Source: Promethearchaeota archaeon (GTDB lineage: Archaea; Asgardarchaeota; Lokiarchaeia; Sigyniarchaeales; SOKP01). Taken from it: a stretch of DNA of 27,002 nt. The notes below the pieces were generated by a model. It searched no databases and had not been told where the DNA came from. It worked only from the letters and a program-made list of their open reading frames with translations. The DNA lies in the NCBI GenBank assembly GCA_048941265.1, contig JBHLNT010000043.1, positions 1 through 27,002 of the forward strand, in the 5' to 3' direction. A program made the translations under genes and the position numbers. This document shows, in pieces, positions 8,496 to 18,394 of this stretch. The first letter of the stretch is position 1. Each line of letters opens with the position of its first letter.

Positions 8496-10412
8496 TTAAG
8501 TCTTATTCAAGGGGAGTCTAACTATAAAAATTGAGCCCTTATTACGCCCTTCAGAGGAGACTAATATCTGTCCTCCATGCAATTCAATAATTTCTTTTGA
8601 AATATTCAACCCTAATCCCGTCCCCTCTTTAATTAGTTCGATGGTTTCGTCTTTTGATCTTTCAATTTTACTAAATTTATCAAAGATTCTTTTTATTTCT
8701 TCTTTGGTTAAACCGATTCCAGTATCTTTAACAGATAATTCTAAATTGTTGCCACGTTCACGTACTTTTACCTCTATTTTACCTTCTGGAGGAGTATAAT
8801 TAATTGCATTTGATAATAAATTGATAATCACACGTTCTATACCCGATTTATCTACTTCGACATATAATTCCTCAGGAATATCTAAGGTTACTATATGCCT
8901 CCTTTTGTAAAATAAATAACTAATGTCACTTATACAACTCTTAATTATTTTAACTAAATCTTGATTTTCCTTATAAATCTTAAAATTATTAGATTCTAAT
9001 CGTGAAATATCAAGCAAATTAAGAATTAAATTTTTTAACCTTTCGCACCCATTCTTTGCTATTTCTGTAAACTTTAATGATTCGAGATTAAATGAATCCT
9101 TATTTAACTCATATAAGAGTTGAATTGCTCCATAAACAGATGTGAGAGGAGTTTTTAACTCGTGAGCAGCAATGTCTAAAAATTTTTTTCTTAATTTATC
9201 TAATTCCAGAAGTCGTCTGTTTTCTTCCCTAATAATATATTCTGCTTCCTTTAATTTCGTAAAATCTTGAAGTTCTAGATGAAAGTATGAATTTTCTCCT
9301 ATTGTAACCAGAGAGTAGTAAAGTTGATACCAAGTTACTTGTCCTTTACTGCTAGTATACGAAAATTCGATTGGATCATAAATATCTTTTTTTAAATTAT
9401 CTTTAAATTTGTCAAATATTGCAAATGTCATCTCTTTCGTTAAATTTGTTAAAAAATCATAAATTTTTTTATTGATTATTTTTTCTCTTGATCTTTTCAA
9501 AGAAAGTTCAGCTGATTTATTACAATCAATTACAGTTCCATCATCATCAAATAAGAATATCAAATTTGGAGAAGCTTTAATCAGGCTACGATATTTCTCC
9601 TCAGATTCTCTTAATTTTTTTTCAGCTTCTTTTTGAGGGGTTATATCATCTCCAATTACTTGAATAAATGCGTTATTACCAATTTCTACTAATGAAGATT
9701 GAATTCTTATCCATAATATACTTCCATCTTTTCTAAATATTTCAATTTCTAAGCTTGGATGCTTTTTAACTTTTTTAATCATTTTGAGACGGTTTAATAA
9801 CGTTGAGATATATTTTGGATGAATTAAATTAAGGTCAGCATATTTAATTCCCATAACTTCTTCCTTTTTATACCCCGTCATTTCCTCAAAACTTGGATTG
9901 CAATCTAAAACAATCCCTTTAGTATCAATTAAAAAGATAGGAAATGGTGAATTTTCAAATAAATAACGATATTTCTCTTCAGATTCTCTTAATTTTTGTT
10001 CAGCTTCCACCATTTCACTTATATCATGAATTACACCTCTTATTCCTACAACTTTTCCATTACTAAATACTGGTCTTGAGTGAACTCTAGCATGAAAGGA
10101 ACTCTTATCTTTTTTGATGAGGATATATTTGTTCGGTTTTGTGATCTTTCCCTTTAAAACCTTATTTAAATTTAAAAATGCTTGTTCCTTGCATTGAGGA
10201 GCTAGTAATTGTGAAATATATATTCCATTCTCAAACTCATCTTGAGTATAACCAAATTTTTTAAAAGCGATAGAATTAGCATATACTAACTTTAAATTTA
10301 AATCTGCTTCAAAAATAATATCCGGCAAAAATTCTGTTAATTCCCTATTTGAAGCTGGATAATAAACCTTATCTTTTTGAGTGCTCCTTATACTCTTTTC
10401 TGGTTTAATCAA
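8496..10412 (-). CDS. Cytoplasmic sensor histidine kinase with three PAS domains
   Basis: Three PAS repeats; H-box AAHELKTPLT, N-box NLLSNAINY, G1 DTGIG, G2 GTGLGL; no TM segment. Confidence 0.93.
   Translation of the reverse strand: MIKPEKSIRSTQKDKVYYPASNRELTEFLPDIIFEADLNLKLVYANSIAFKKFGYTQDEFENGIYISQLLAPQCKEQAFLNLNKVLKGKITKPNKYILIKKDKSSFHARVHSRPVFSNGKVVGIRGVIHDISEMVEAEQKLRESEEKYRYLFENSPFPIFLIDTKGIVLDCNPSFEEMTGYKKEEVMGIKYADLNLIHPKYISTLLNRLKMIKKVKKHPSLEIEIFRKDGSILWIRIQSSLVEIGNNAFIQVIGDDITPQKEAEKKLRESEEKYRSLIKASPNLIFLFDDDGTVIDCNKSAELSLKRSREKIINKKIYDFLTNLTKEMTFAIFDKFKDNLKKDIYDPIEFSYTSSKGQVTWYQLYYSLVTIGENSYFHLELQDFTKLKEAEYIIREENRRLLELDKLRKKFLDIAAHELKTPLTSVYGAIQLLYELNKDSFNLESLKFTEIAKNGCERLKNLILNLLDISRLESNNFKIYKENQDLVKIIKSCISDISYLFYKRRHIVTLDIPEELYVEVDKSGIERVIINLLSNAINYTPPEGKIEVKVRERGNNLELSVKDTGIGLTKEEIKRIFDKFSKIERSKDETIELIKEGTGLGLNISKEIIELHGGQILVSSEGRNKGSIFIVRLPLNKT
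9588..10007. repeat. 42-bp near-identical intragenic direct repeat (9588-9629 and 9966-10007) encoding the inter-PAS linker EAE(K/Q)KLRESEEKYR
   Basis: acgatatttctcctcagattctcttaattttttttcagcttc versus acgatatttctcttcagattctcttaatttttgttcagcttc: 40/42 identical. Confidence 0.85.
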
Positions 10413-10678
10413 GATATTAAATTTTTTTTATTAATTAATAGGTACATACAAGCTTATCTAATTCAATTACATAAAATAAAATAGATTTATTTAACTTACG
10501 TTTAATTCTTAATGTTCGTTCTATTATCTTGGAAAAACTAAAAGACTATCATTTTTAGGGAAAAATATTTTTTATATTGAGAGAAATTTAAATTAAAATT
10601 TAGAAAATAATTGAAACCCTACATAAAATAACATTTTTTTGATAAAAATTAATAAAAAATATTAAGTATTCAGTTTTA

Positions 10679-12190
10679 TCATAATTGCTGAGAAAATTTT
10701 TTCCGATATTCTGAATATTGCACAAGAGCGGAAAAGGATTTAACGGGCATATCCCATAAATCAAATATCGGAATATTCAATCTAATAAACTCTTTAACCC
10801 ATGCATTAGAATAGCCCTGAGGACAAATATACAAAATTGGAGCAGATTTTTTGCGAGCAAATTTTTGAATAGGTTCTAAATAAGCTTTACTCATCATTTC
10901 GTTGGTCATCTGAGCGAATACTTCGGGAATTTCACCACCAGATTTTTTAACAACTTCTAAAACTTCGTCAACTGCCCATGCGGCATAAATTATTATACCA
11001 TCAATCTCCCCTGAGTTAATCATGAGTTTTGGGATTTTTATATATTTATTATGCACTCCAAATGAGAATGTAAGATCAAGAGGATTATCTATATTTGCGA
11101 TATCTACTACATGTTCTTCAAGTTTTGATTTTAACTCTTCAGAGAATTCCGGAACAGCTAGCCCATATTTTTCAGCAGCTTTGGCCATCATTGCACCACA
11201 TCCACCAGAATCAGTTAAAATTCCCAGTCTATTACCCTTTGGAAAAATTCCCGATGAAAATGTTCTTAAATAATACATAAAATCCTTAATCGAAATAGTA
11301 GAAATAATTCCTGTTTCTTTAAATACAGATTCAAAGATGTTATCATCCCCCGCTATTGCCCCTGTATGGCCCATAATTCCTCTAGATGCGGCGTTAGTAC
11401 CTCCTGCATATATTGCAACTATAGGCTTTTTTGGAGTTATTTCCCTTACCAACTCAATAAACTCTTTTCCTCTCTTGATTTCTTCAATATATAATCCAAT
11501 TACATTTGTTTCGGTATCATCTTTTAAATAGTCCAAGCAATCAACTATATCGATATCATCTTCATTACCAATTGAAAAAGATTTACTGATCTTTACACCA
11601 ATTTCTCTGCATCCCCAAAAAATATGAGAAGCGATCGTTCCTGAATGAGCTATGATTGAAATATTACCCCTTTGAGGAGTTTCATAAATCCACATCGTAT
11701 TGAATGTGGTATCAGGGAATTCTGGATATCTGTACCATGCATTATATACACCTAAACAGTTAGGACCTATAAATCTTATATTATATTTATCAGCAATTTT
11801 AATAAGTTCCTTGTATAAGTTTTCATTCCCTATCTCTCGAAATCCCCCTGAAGTTATTATTGCTCTTTTTATCCCTTTCTGTCCACATTCTTCTAAAACT
11901 TGCGGCACAATATTAGGTCTTAAAATAATAAAAGCTAAATCTGGGATCTCAGGCAAATCTAATACGCTTTGATACGATTTTAATCCTTGAACTTCCTTTA
12001 GGTTAGGGTGAATGGGAAAAATTTTATCTTTAGGAAATCCACCGAAAATAACATTACGAAGTTGCATCGCACCCATTGTTCCAATATATTCATTGTTTGC
12101 TCCAAAGACAGTAACACTCTCAGGATTTAAGAAAGAATATAAAAAGTTATTTTCTAAAGGATACTGGTTTTTTTCTGACAATTTATTCAA
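10679..12190 (-). CDS. Acetate/acyl-CoA ligase (ADP-forming) alpha subunit, paralogue 1
   Basis: CoA-binding N-terminus (LNPESVTVFGA, PDLAFI, IITSGGF.E), GPNCLG, SIGNE.DI, phospho-His motif GHTGAIAG, NPLDLT; no ATP-grasp domain. Confidence 0.88.
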   Translation of the reverse strand: MNKLSEKNQYPLENNFLYSFLNPESVTVFGANNEYIGTMGAMQLRNVIFGGFPKDKIFPIHPNLKEVQGLKSYQSVLDLPEIPDLAFIILRPNIVPQVLEECGQKGIKRAIITSGGFREIGNENLYKELIKIADKYNIRFIGPNCLGVYNAWYRYPEFPDTTFNTMWIYETPQRGNISIIAHSGTIASHIFWGCREIGVKISKSFSIGNEDDIDIVDCLDYLKDDTETNVIGLYIEEIKRGKEFIELVREITPKKPIVAIYAGGTNAASRGIMGHTGAIAGDDNIFESVFKETGIISTISIKDFMYYLRTFSSGIFPKGNRLGILTDSGGCGAMMAKAAEKYGLAVPEFSEELKSKLEEHVVDIANIDNPLDLTFSFGVHNKYIKIPKLMINSGEIDGIIIYAAWAVDEVLEVVKKSGGEIPEVFAQMTNEMMSKAYLEPIQKFARKKSAPILYICPQGYSNAWVKEFIRLNIPIFDLWDMPVKSFSALVQYSEYRKKFSQQL

Positions 12191-12278
12191 TGCTAAATCA
12201 CAATGTTTTCAATAAATTTGAGTTAAAAAATGAAAATAATAATATGAACTTAATTTTAAATAATTAATGAGATTGCTA

Positions 12279-13832
12279 TTATGAATGTTTTCTACGATAT
12301 TCTGAATATTCAGTAAGCATTGATAGACACTTAGTAGGTTGATCCCAGAAGTCAAATATCGGAACATCGTTAGAAAGAAACTCTTGATATAATGGATGAG
12401 TGTAAAGTTGAGGTCCACTGTAAAATAATGGAATGGATTTTCTACGGACTAATTTTTGCAAAGGTTGAATTATCATGGTAAAGAAGAGTCCCATCGAGCC
12501 TTTAATTTTTTCATCAACAGGATATCCAGACTTTTCCATTACCTCAAAAACTTCTTGGAAATCAAACACACCATCAAAAAGTAAACTATCTATTTCTCCA
12601 GATTTAATTAATAACTTAGGTAACTTAATGAAAAAATCATTATAATTTCTAAAAAAAGTTATATCCACAGGGTTAGATTTACTTCCAGTGGGAGGTATCA
12701 ATTCAGAAATTTTACTTTGCAATTCTTTTGAGAATTCTGGAACTTTTAATTTATATTTTTCTGCCATTTTTGTGATAATCGAACCAGATCCACCAGAATC
12801 AGTTATAATTCCCACTTTTCGACCTCTCGGGAATATATTACTAATCTTGGCATATGAAAGAGTTCTTAAGTAATATAAAAAGTCAGTAACATAAGTGGTA
12901 TAAATGACTCCTGTTTCTTTAAAAACAGCATTGTAGATTTTCTCACTCCCCCCTATTGAACCTGTATGACTCATGATTGACCTATTTGCAGCATCAGAGC
13001 CCCCTGCATATATTGCTACAATCGGCTTTTTTGGAGTGATTTCTTGAGTCAATTTTATAAATTCTTTACCTCGCTTAACTTCTTCTAAATAAATTCCAAT
13101 TACATCAGTTTGCGGATCATCCTTGAAAAATTCTAAAAAATCGACGATATCGATATTTCTTTCGTTCCCTATGGAAATAGATTTTCCTACTTTTACTCCC
13201 ATTGTATTGGTATGCCATGCAGTTTGAGCGGCTATTGTCCCTGATTGACTTATTAACGAGATATTACCTCTTTTATGAGGGACATAGATCCAAAAAGTAT
13301 TAATATATGCATTTTCTTTTTCAGGATAATGAAACCATCCGTTATATACTCCTAAACAATTAGGACCTATAAAACGCATATTATATTTCTTAGCTAATTC
13401 ATCTATCTCAGAAGATAATTTAATTCCGTTAGGACCACTTTCTCTGAAACCCCCTGATGTAATAATTAAATATTTTATTCCTTTTTGACCGCACTCTTCC
13501 ATAACTTCAGGAACGACATTAGGGGGTAAAATTATAAACGCTAAATCAGGGACTATAGGTAAATCTAATACTGATTTATAAGCTTTATATCCTTGAACAT
13601 TATCTAATTTCGGATGGATCGGATAAATATTTTTGTCAAATCCTCCACCTGCTATACAATTTCTTAATTGCATGCTCCCCATTGTCTGAATCAGATTGTT
13701 ATTAGCCCCAAAAACACACATGCTCTTAGGATTTAAAATTTTATAAAGAAAATGGTTTTTTGACAGATTTTCGTCAGTTTGGTCAGAATTTGCTACACTA
13801 TTTTCATTAACGTTAGTCAAATTAAATACCAA
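12279..13832 (-). CDS. Acetate/acyl-CoA ligase (ADP-forming) alpha subunit, paralogue 2
   Basis: LNPKS..VFGA, GPNCLG, SQSGT, SIGNE, SHTGSIGG, NPVDIT; collinear with paralogue 1. Confidence 0.88.
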   Translation of the reverse strand: MVFNLTNVNENSVANSDQTDENLSKNHFLYKILNPKSMCVFGANNNLIQTMGSMQLRNCIAGGGFDKNIYPIHPKLDNVQGYKAYKSVLDLPIVPDLAFIILPPNVVPEVMEECGQKGIKYLIITSGGFRESGPNGIKLSSEIDELAKKYNMRFIGPNCLGVYNGWFHYPEKENAYINTFWIYVPHKRGNISLISQSGTIAAQTAWHTNTMGVKVGKSISIGNERNIDIVDFLEFFKDDPQTDVIGIYLEEVKRGKEFIKLTQEITPKKPIVAIYAGGSDAANRSIMSHTGSIGGSEKIYNAVFKETGVIYTTYVTDFLYYLRTLSYAKISNIFPRGRKVGIITDSGGSGSIITKMAEKYKLKVPEFSKELQSKISELIPPTGSKSNPVDITFFRNYNDFFIKLPKLLIKSGEIDSLLFDGVFDFQEVFEVMEKSGYPVDEKIKGSMGLFFTMIIQPLQKLVRRKSIPLFYSGPQLYTHPLYQEFLSNDVPIFDFWDQPTKCLSMLTEYSEYRRKHS

Positions 13833-13968
13833 AAAGAGTATAAGTTTACATAGAGAATATTAATTCAAGAAATTAATAAAATTTTAAGAAGTTTGTTTTT
13901 TAAAAATAATTACAATTCTTACCTATTTTTCTAAATTTAACTTACATCTTTATAAAAATAGAATTTTA

Positions 13969-14499
13969 CTATTTTCCAGTGGAGCCAAAACCACCTAAAC
14001 CTCGTTCCGAATCCGGCAATTCATCTGTCTCAATAAACTCATACTCATGTAATTTGCCAAGTATTATTTGACAAATTCTATCCCCTTTTCTTAAAATAAC
14101 ATCCTTATTTGATAAATTAACAACAATTGCCATCCATTCGTTCCTATAACCAGTATCTATAGTACCTGGAGCATTTACGATTGATAATCCATCCCATAGT
14201 GCCAAGCCACTTCTCGGGACGACTTTAAAATAATACCCTTCAGGGATTGCTGTTGAAAATCCTAAAGGACATCCTATTCTTTCTAACGGTTGTAATGTAT
14301 AGCTATCTGAATCAATATCAACCAATTGCTTTCTCCCATTTTCATTTATAATTTTTTTAAATCCCATAATACGAGCATCAGCGCCTGCATCTCCTTTTTT
14401 AGATGGTTTTGGTGTAATAACCCCTTCTCTTAAAGCTTTAAATGGAATAAAGATTTTGTTTTGTTCTATCTTTTTGGCTTTTTTTGGTTGTTTTTTCAT
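13969..14499 (-). CDS. dut: Trimeric dUTP diphosphatase
   Basis: All five motifs: AGAD, PRSG, GTIDTGYRNE, GDRICQ, RGLGGFGSTG. Confidence 0.93.
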   Translation of the reverse strand: MKKQPKKAKKIEQNKIFIPFKALREGVITPKPSKKGDAGADARIMGFKKIINENGRKQLVDIDSDSYTLQPLERIGCPLGFSTAIPEGYYFKVVPRSGLALWDGLSIVNAPGTIDTGYRNEWMAIVVNLSNKDVILRKGDRICQIILGKLHEYEFIETDELPDSERGLGGFGSTGK

Positions 14500-14642
14500 G
14501 TCTAATCATGTTTAATTATTATAGGTTATAAAAAAGAGTATTTATTAATGTATTTAATAATCTTATAAAATTATCATAAATTTGAGAAGATAATAAGATA
14601 AATGTCTTTAATTAATTACGAGCAAAGCAAGGTGACAATTTA

Positions 14643-15098
14643 GTGGAAGTGGAAAGATACGACCCCCGAAAAGATAAAGAAGCTTTAATTGAATTATTCA
14701 ACGATTTTATTCAAAATAAAGCATATTTTTCATCAAACTGGAACAATTTTGAATATGAATTAAATAAAAGATTACTTGATTTACAATATCGGAATTCAAT
14801 GATTATGATAAAGGAGGGTGAGAAAATGGTTGGTTGGGGCACATATACCATTTTTAGGGATTATCTTGGAAATAATCGAGTTTTAATACATCAGATTTTA
14901 ACCAGAAAAGAAGACTCATTCAAAAGAGGCATTGAGGAAAAGATTATTCGTGAACTTATTTTGTATATTAAAAAAACGATTCCAGACATGAAAAAAATAC
15001 ATATAATTTGTCCAGATTCAGATGGTTCAATGCGTAGTTTATTAATGAAACTTGGGTTAAAAAAATCGGAGTACTTTTGGTATGAAAAAGATATATAA
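14643..15098 (+). CDS. GNAT-fold protein (degenerate acetyl-CoA motif)
   Basis: EGEKMVGWG strand, IHQILTR..DSFKRGIEEKII resembling motif A, LLMKLGLK resembling motif B. Confidence 0.6.
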   Translation: MEVERYDPRKDKEALIELFNDFIQNKAYFSSNWNNFEYELNKRLLDLQYRNSMIMIKEGEKMVGWGTYTIFRDYLGNNRVLIHQILTRKEDSFKRGIEEKIIRELILYIKKTIPDMKKIHIICPDSDGSMRSLLMKLGLKKSEYFWYEKDI

Positions 15099-15160
15099 AT
15101 CTCAAATTTGTTCCAGTTTGCTTATTAAATTCATTAAATAGATCATTATGAGTGAAAGTT

Positions 15161-15760
15161 ATGAGTAACATACAGAAGATCATAAATAAGGCTAAAAAAT
15201 TAAAAGATGAAGAAAAGTACGAGGAAGCAATCAAATTACTAGAAGATACCTATCAACAGTATCCACAGTCTGAAGAAATTAAGAATAATTATGTTAATAT
15301 GTTATTTTCATATGGGGGTTATCTTAACGATGAATTTGTATTAGAATACGAAAAAGCAGTAGAAATTTTTAAAAAAATTCTTGAGATTGAGCCAAATAAT
15401 TTTAAAGTATTTTATAATTTAGGAATCGCTTATTCTAATTTAGATCAGGTCGAGAATGCATTGAAAGCTTACAATACTGCCATCACTCTTAAACCCGATT
15501 ATAAACATTGTTATTATAATATCGGTTTACTTTACGAAGAAAAAGAGAACCTAAATATGGCTTTAAACTACTATGAAAAAGCTTTGGAAATTGATCCTAA
15601 CTTTCCTTACGCTGTTCATGCAGGACAAATTATAAGAAAAAGGATAGATCTTCAAAGGCATCAAGAAACTGAACCAGAAAAGGCTAGTGTTTGCAAAAAT
15701 TGTGGCAATTTTAATAGAGAAGGAGCAAGTTTCTGCGATGAATGCGGAGAAAAATTATAA
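15161..15760 (+). CDS. TPR-repeat protein with C-terminal zinc ribbon
   Basis: TPR consensus repeats (FYNLGIAY..., YYNIGLLY...ALNYYEKALEIDP), terminal CKNCG...FCDECGEKL. ATG at 15161; alternative GTG at 15152. Confidence 0.9.
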   Translation: MSNIQKIINKAKKLKDEEKYEEAIKLLEDTYQQYPQSEEIKNNYVNMLFSYGGYLNDEFVLEYEKAVEIFKKILEIEPNNFKVFYNLGIAYSNLDQVENALKAYNTAITLKPDYKHCYYNIGLLYEEKENLNMALNYYEKALEIDPNFPYAVHAGQIIRKRIDLQRHQETEPEKASVCKNCGNFNREGASFCDECGEKL

Positions 15761-15836
15761 ATTTTTTGAATTTTCCCCTCATAATAAGAGAATGTAAGGC
15801 TACTTAACAAATATTAACAAGATTTCCGAGCTTTTA

Positions 15837-15950
15837 TTACTCTTTTATAAGCTTATTATGGATTAAACAGCAAACAATGAATATTAATAATAATATAAAT
15901 CCTCCAATAATATACTGGGTATATGTATCTTCAATAGTCTGAAATATCAT
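15837..15950 (-). CDS. Small single-TM membrane peptide (37 aa), unannotated
   Basis: ATG at 15950 to TAA at 15837: MIFQTIEDTYTQYIIGGFILLLIFIVCCLIHNKLIKE. Polar N-terminus, about 17-aa hydrophobic core, Lys-containing tail; fills an otherwise empty gap. Confidence 0.55.
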   Translation of the reverse strand: MIFQTIEDTYTQYIIGGFILLLIFIVCCLIHNKLIKE

Positions 15951-16072
15951 AATTTTACTGCAATATTTAGATTAATTTAAATTTATGATCATTGTGACGA
16001 TAAATAAATTTTTGTATAAAATATTAAAAAAAAAGTGTTTAAATTTATTTTAACAGTGTTAATTAAATGAAA

Positions 16073-16279
16073 TTATCTCTCTATTTCGAAATTTACTTGA
16101 ACCCTTACTCGATAGATAAGTTTATCTACATCTTCTTTTATTTTTACATCGGATTCTATAATTTGAATATTACGGATACCTCGAAGAGTCTTTTTTGCTT
16201 CAGCATAACAATTTTTAACAGCCTCTGCCCAATTAACCTCGCTCGTACCAACGAGCTGAATTGATTTATAAACTGGCAT
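16073..16279 (-). CDS. Dodecin family protein (flavin/CoA-binding)
   Basis: VYKSIQLVGTS..W.EAV...A.KTLRGIR ... YRVRVQVNF, 68 aa: typical dodecin signature; AGGTGA RBS-like sequence upstream. Confidence 0.88.
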   Translation of the reverse strand: MPVYKSIQLVGTSEVNWAEAVKNCYAEAKKTLRGIRNIQIIESDVKIKEDVDKLIYRVRVQVNFEIER

Positions 16280-16476
16280 TTTAATTTCACCTTTATTTTG
16301 ATTACTTCGTAAATATATTTATCATCTTCAAAATATAAATATTATGCAACTAAATCTTTTTAAAACTGTTTTACGGAAGAATGCATCATAAATAGCTTAA
16401 AGATTTAGTAAAAAAGAAAAAAAGGGAATTTTATTATTTTATAGATTTTACTATTTAAATCATGTTTTATATAATT

Positions 16477-17763
16477 TTACGCATCAAGGTTTTCAATTAT
16501 TGTTGCGACTCCTTGACCTCCACCACAACAAGCATTTGCACAACCATATTTGGCATGCTTATCCTTTAAGATTCGTGCGAGAGTACCGGGTAAGCGAATC
16601 ATGGTCGCTCCAAGAGGATGCCCAATTGCTGTTGACCCTCCCATAACATTGACTTTTTCTTCAGGAATATTGAAATGTTTCATACAGTTTAATGCAACTA
16701 CGCAAAATGCCTCATTAATTTCCCAATAATCAATTTGATCGGCAGTTAAACCGGCATGCTTTAAGGCCATTTCAGTGGCAGGAACAGGACCTCTACCCAT
16801 AACGGATGGATCGACACCCGCCCAACCAATAGATACGATCCTGGCCATTGGCTTTAGACCCCTCTTTTCAGCTTCCTTGGCTTCCATTAAAAGAGCAGCA
16901 GTAGCTCCAGCATTTAACGGTGATGAATTTCCAGCCGTAATCACACCGTCTTTCGTTCCCTCCCTTTCAACATATCCTTTTCTCCCACCATTTTTCTCTA
17001 AATAGTAGGGTTTGGATAATCGTGGCAATTGAGCTACTCTTTCTAAACTTGATCTTCTTGCTGCCATATCTTTATCAATCATCATTAGTTCTTCGACATT
17101 TCCTTCCGCATGCCCCTCAATAGGAATAATCTCGCCTTTGAACCATCCTTTTTCGGTGTTTTCTACAGTTAAATTATGGGCTCTTACACCAAACTTATCT
17201 ATGTCTTCTTTGGTGAAATTAGGTATTTCTTCTTCGTAAAGTTTTTGCGCAGTTTGAAGCATGTTGATTGTCGTCATTATATCATATTGTGGTCTATACC
17301 ATTTATCCTTTTTATTAACCATTCCCAGATTGGGACTAATATGGTTATTTTGCATAGATACTCGAGTCATATGCTCCACTCCCGCTGAAAGACAACATGT
17401 ACTCATTCCTGTCATGATTTCCATGATTGCTACATGCATTCCACTACCGGCTGATCCACATTGTCTATCAACAAAAAGAGCAGGAACTTCCACAGGAAAT
17501 TCAGCTAAAAAAAGTGGTAATCTCCCTCCATAAGTCCAATTTTCCCAAACTCCCATAGCGGTTCCAATGGTAAATTCATCAACATCCTTTTTTTCAATTC
17601 CCTTATCAGCTAGTTTCTGATCAAAAAATTTCATTAATAGTGTAGCAGTCAATTCATCGCTTCTAATCTCGCCAAATACATCTCTCTCTGGTTGTTTTGG
17701 TCTTGATCGTGAAAAAGCGGTTCGGGCATAATCAATTAACCATACTTCATTTAATTCAACCAT
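16477..17763 (-). CDS. Acetyl-CoA C-acetyltransferase / 3-ketoacyl-CoA thiolase
   Basis: DRQCGS (nucleophile Cys), GVEHM, TAGNSSPLNAGA, EINEAF, GHPLGAT, CCGGGQG. ATG at 17763; alternative TTG at 17769. Confidence 0.95.
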   Translation of the reverse strand: MVELNEVWLIDYARTAFSRSRPKQPERDVFGEIRSDELTATLLMKFFDQKLADKGIEKKDVDEFTIGTAMGVWENWTYGGRLPLFLAEFPVEVPALFVDRQCGSAGSGMHVAIMEIMTGMSTCCLSAGVEHMTRVSMQNNHISPNLGMVNKKDKWYRPQYDIMTTINMLQTAQKLYEEEIPNFTKEDIDKFGVRAHNLTVENTEKGWFKGEIIPIEGHAEGNVEELMMIDKDMAARRSSLERVAQLPRLSKPYYLEKNGGRKGYVEREGTKDGVITAGNSSPLNAGATAALLMEAKEAEKRGLKPMARIVSIGWAGVDPSVMGRGPVPATEMALKHAGLTADQIDYWEINEAFCVVALNCMKHFNIPEEKVNVMGGSTAIGHPLGATMIRLPGTLARILKDKHAKYGCANACCGGGQGVATIIENLDA

Positions 17764-17955
17764 TTTCAATAATCACTTTTTTTTAATTTTATTTTTTATT
17801 TGAATGCTTAGGTTAAGAATTAAAAAAAAATATTAAAGTTTTTGATAATGTGATTTCTGAAAATAATAAATTGCATTTTTTACTTAAGTATTTTTTTTAA
17901 AAATTGTTAAGAAAAGACTAGAATTCTTTTTATTTTCCAAATATTTAGATTAATT

Positions 17956-18378
17956 ATGTCAATTTCAACCAAGGATAAAGATAAGAAACCTTTAATCTCA
18001 ATAATAGCGGGTAGTGAAAGCGATAAGGAAGTATATATAAAAACTGAAAATATCTTAAGAGAAAATAAGATCCATTATGATCTTCAAATAATATCTGCGC
18101 ATAGGGATCCTGTTAAATTAGACGAATATATTAAATCCTGTGAATCTTTAGTGTATATTGCGATTGCGGGATTGTCAGCAGCTTTACCAGGAGTTATCGC
18201 ATCTAAATCTGATAAGCCCGTTATTGGTGTTCCTGTAAGTTCTAAATTAGGTGGCTTAGATGCATTATTATCAATAGTACAAATGCCTCCACGGGTTCCC
18301 GTTGGATGTGTTGGAATTGACCAAGGTGAAAATGCTGCATATCTTGCCATTCGAATACTTAATTTATTAAAAAAGTAG
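17956..18378 (+). CDS. purE: N5-carboxyaminoimidazole ribonucleotide mutase / AIR carboxylase
   Basis: [42 protein letters not shown]. Confidence 0.93.
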   Translation: MSISTKDKDKKPLISIIAGSESDKEVYIKTENILRENKIHYDLQIISAHRDPVKLDEYIKSCESLVYIAIAGLSAALPGVIASKSDKPVIGVPVSSKLGGLDALLSIVQMPPRVPVGCVGIDQGENAAYLAIRILNLLKK

Positions 18379-18394
18379 AATTTTATTGGTTAGA

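Noticed and set aside
11022-12873. Several short ORFs over the ACD genes, including 12209-12418 on the minus strand
   Set aside because: They overlap well-supported CDSs and are antisense or alternative-frame artefacts.
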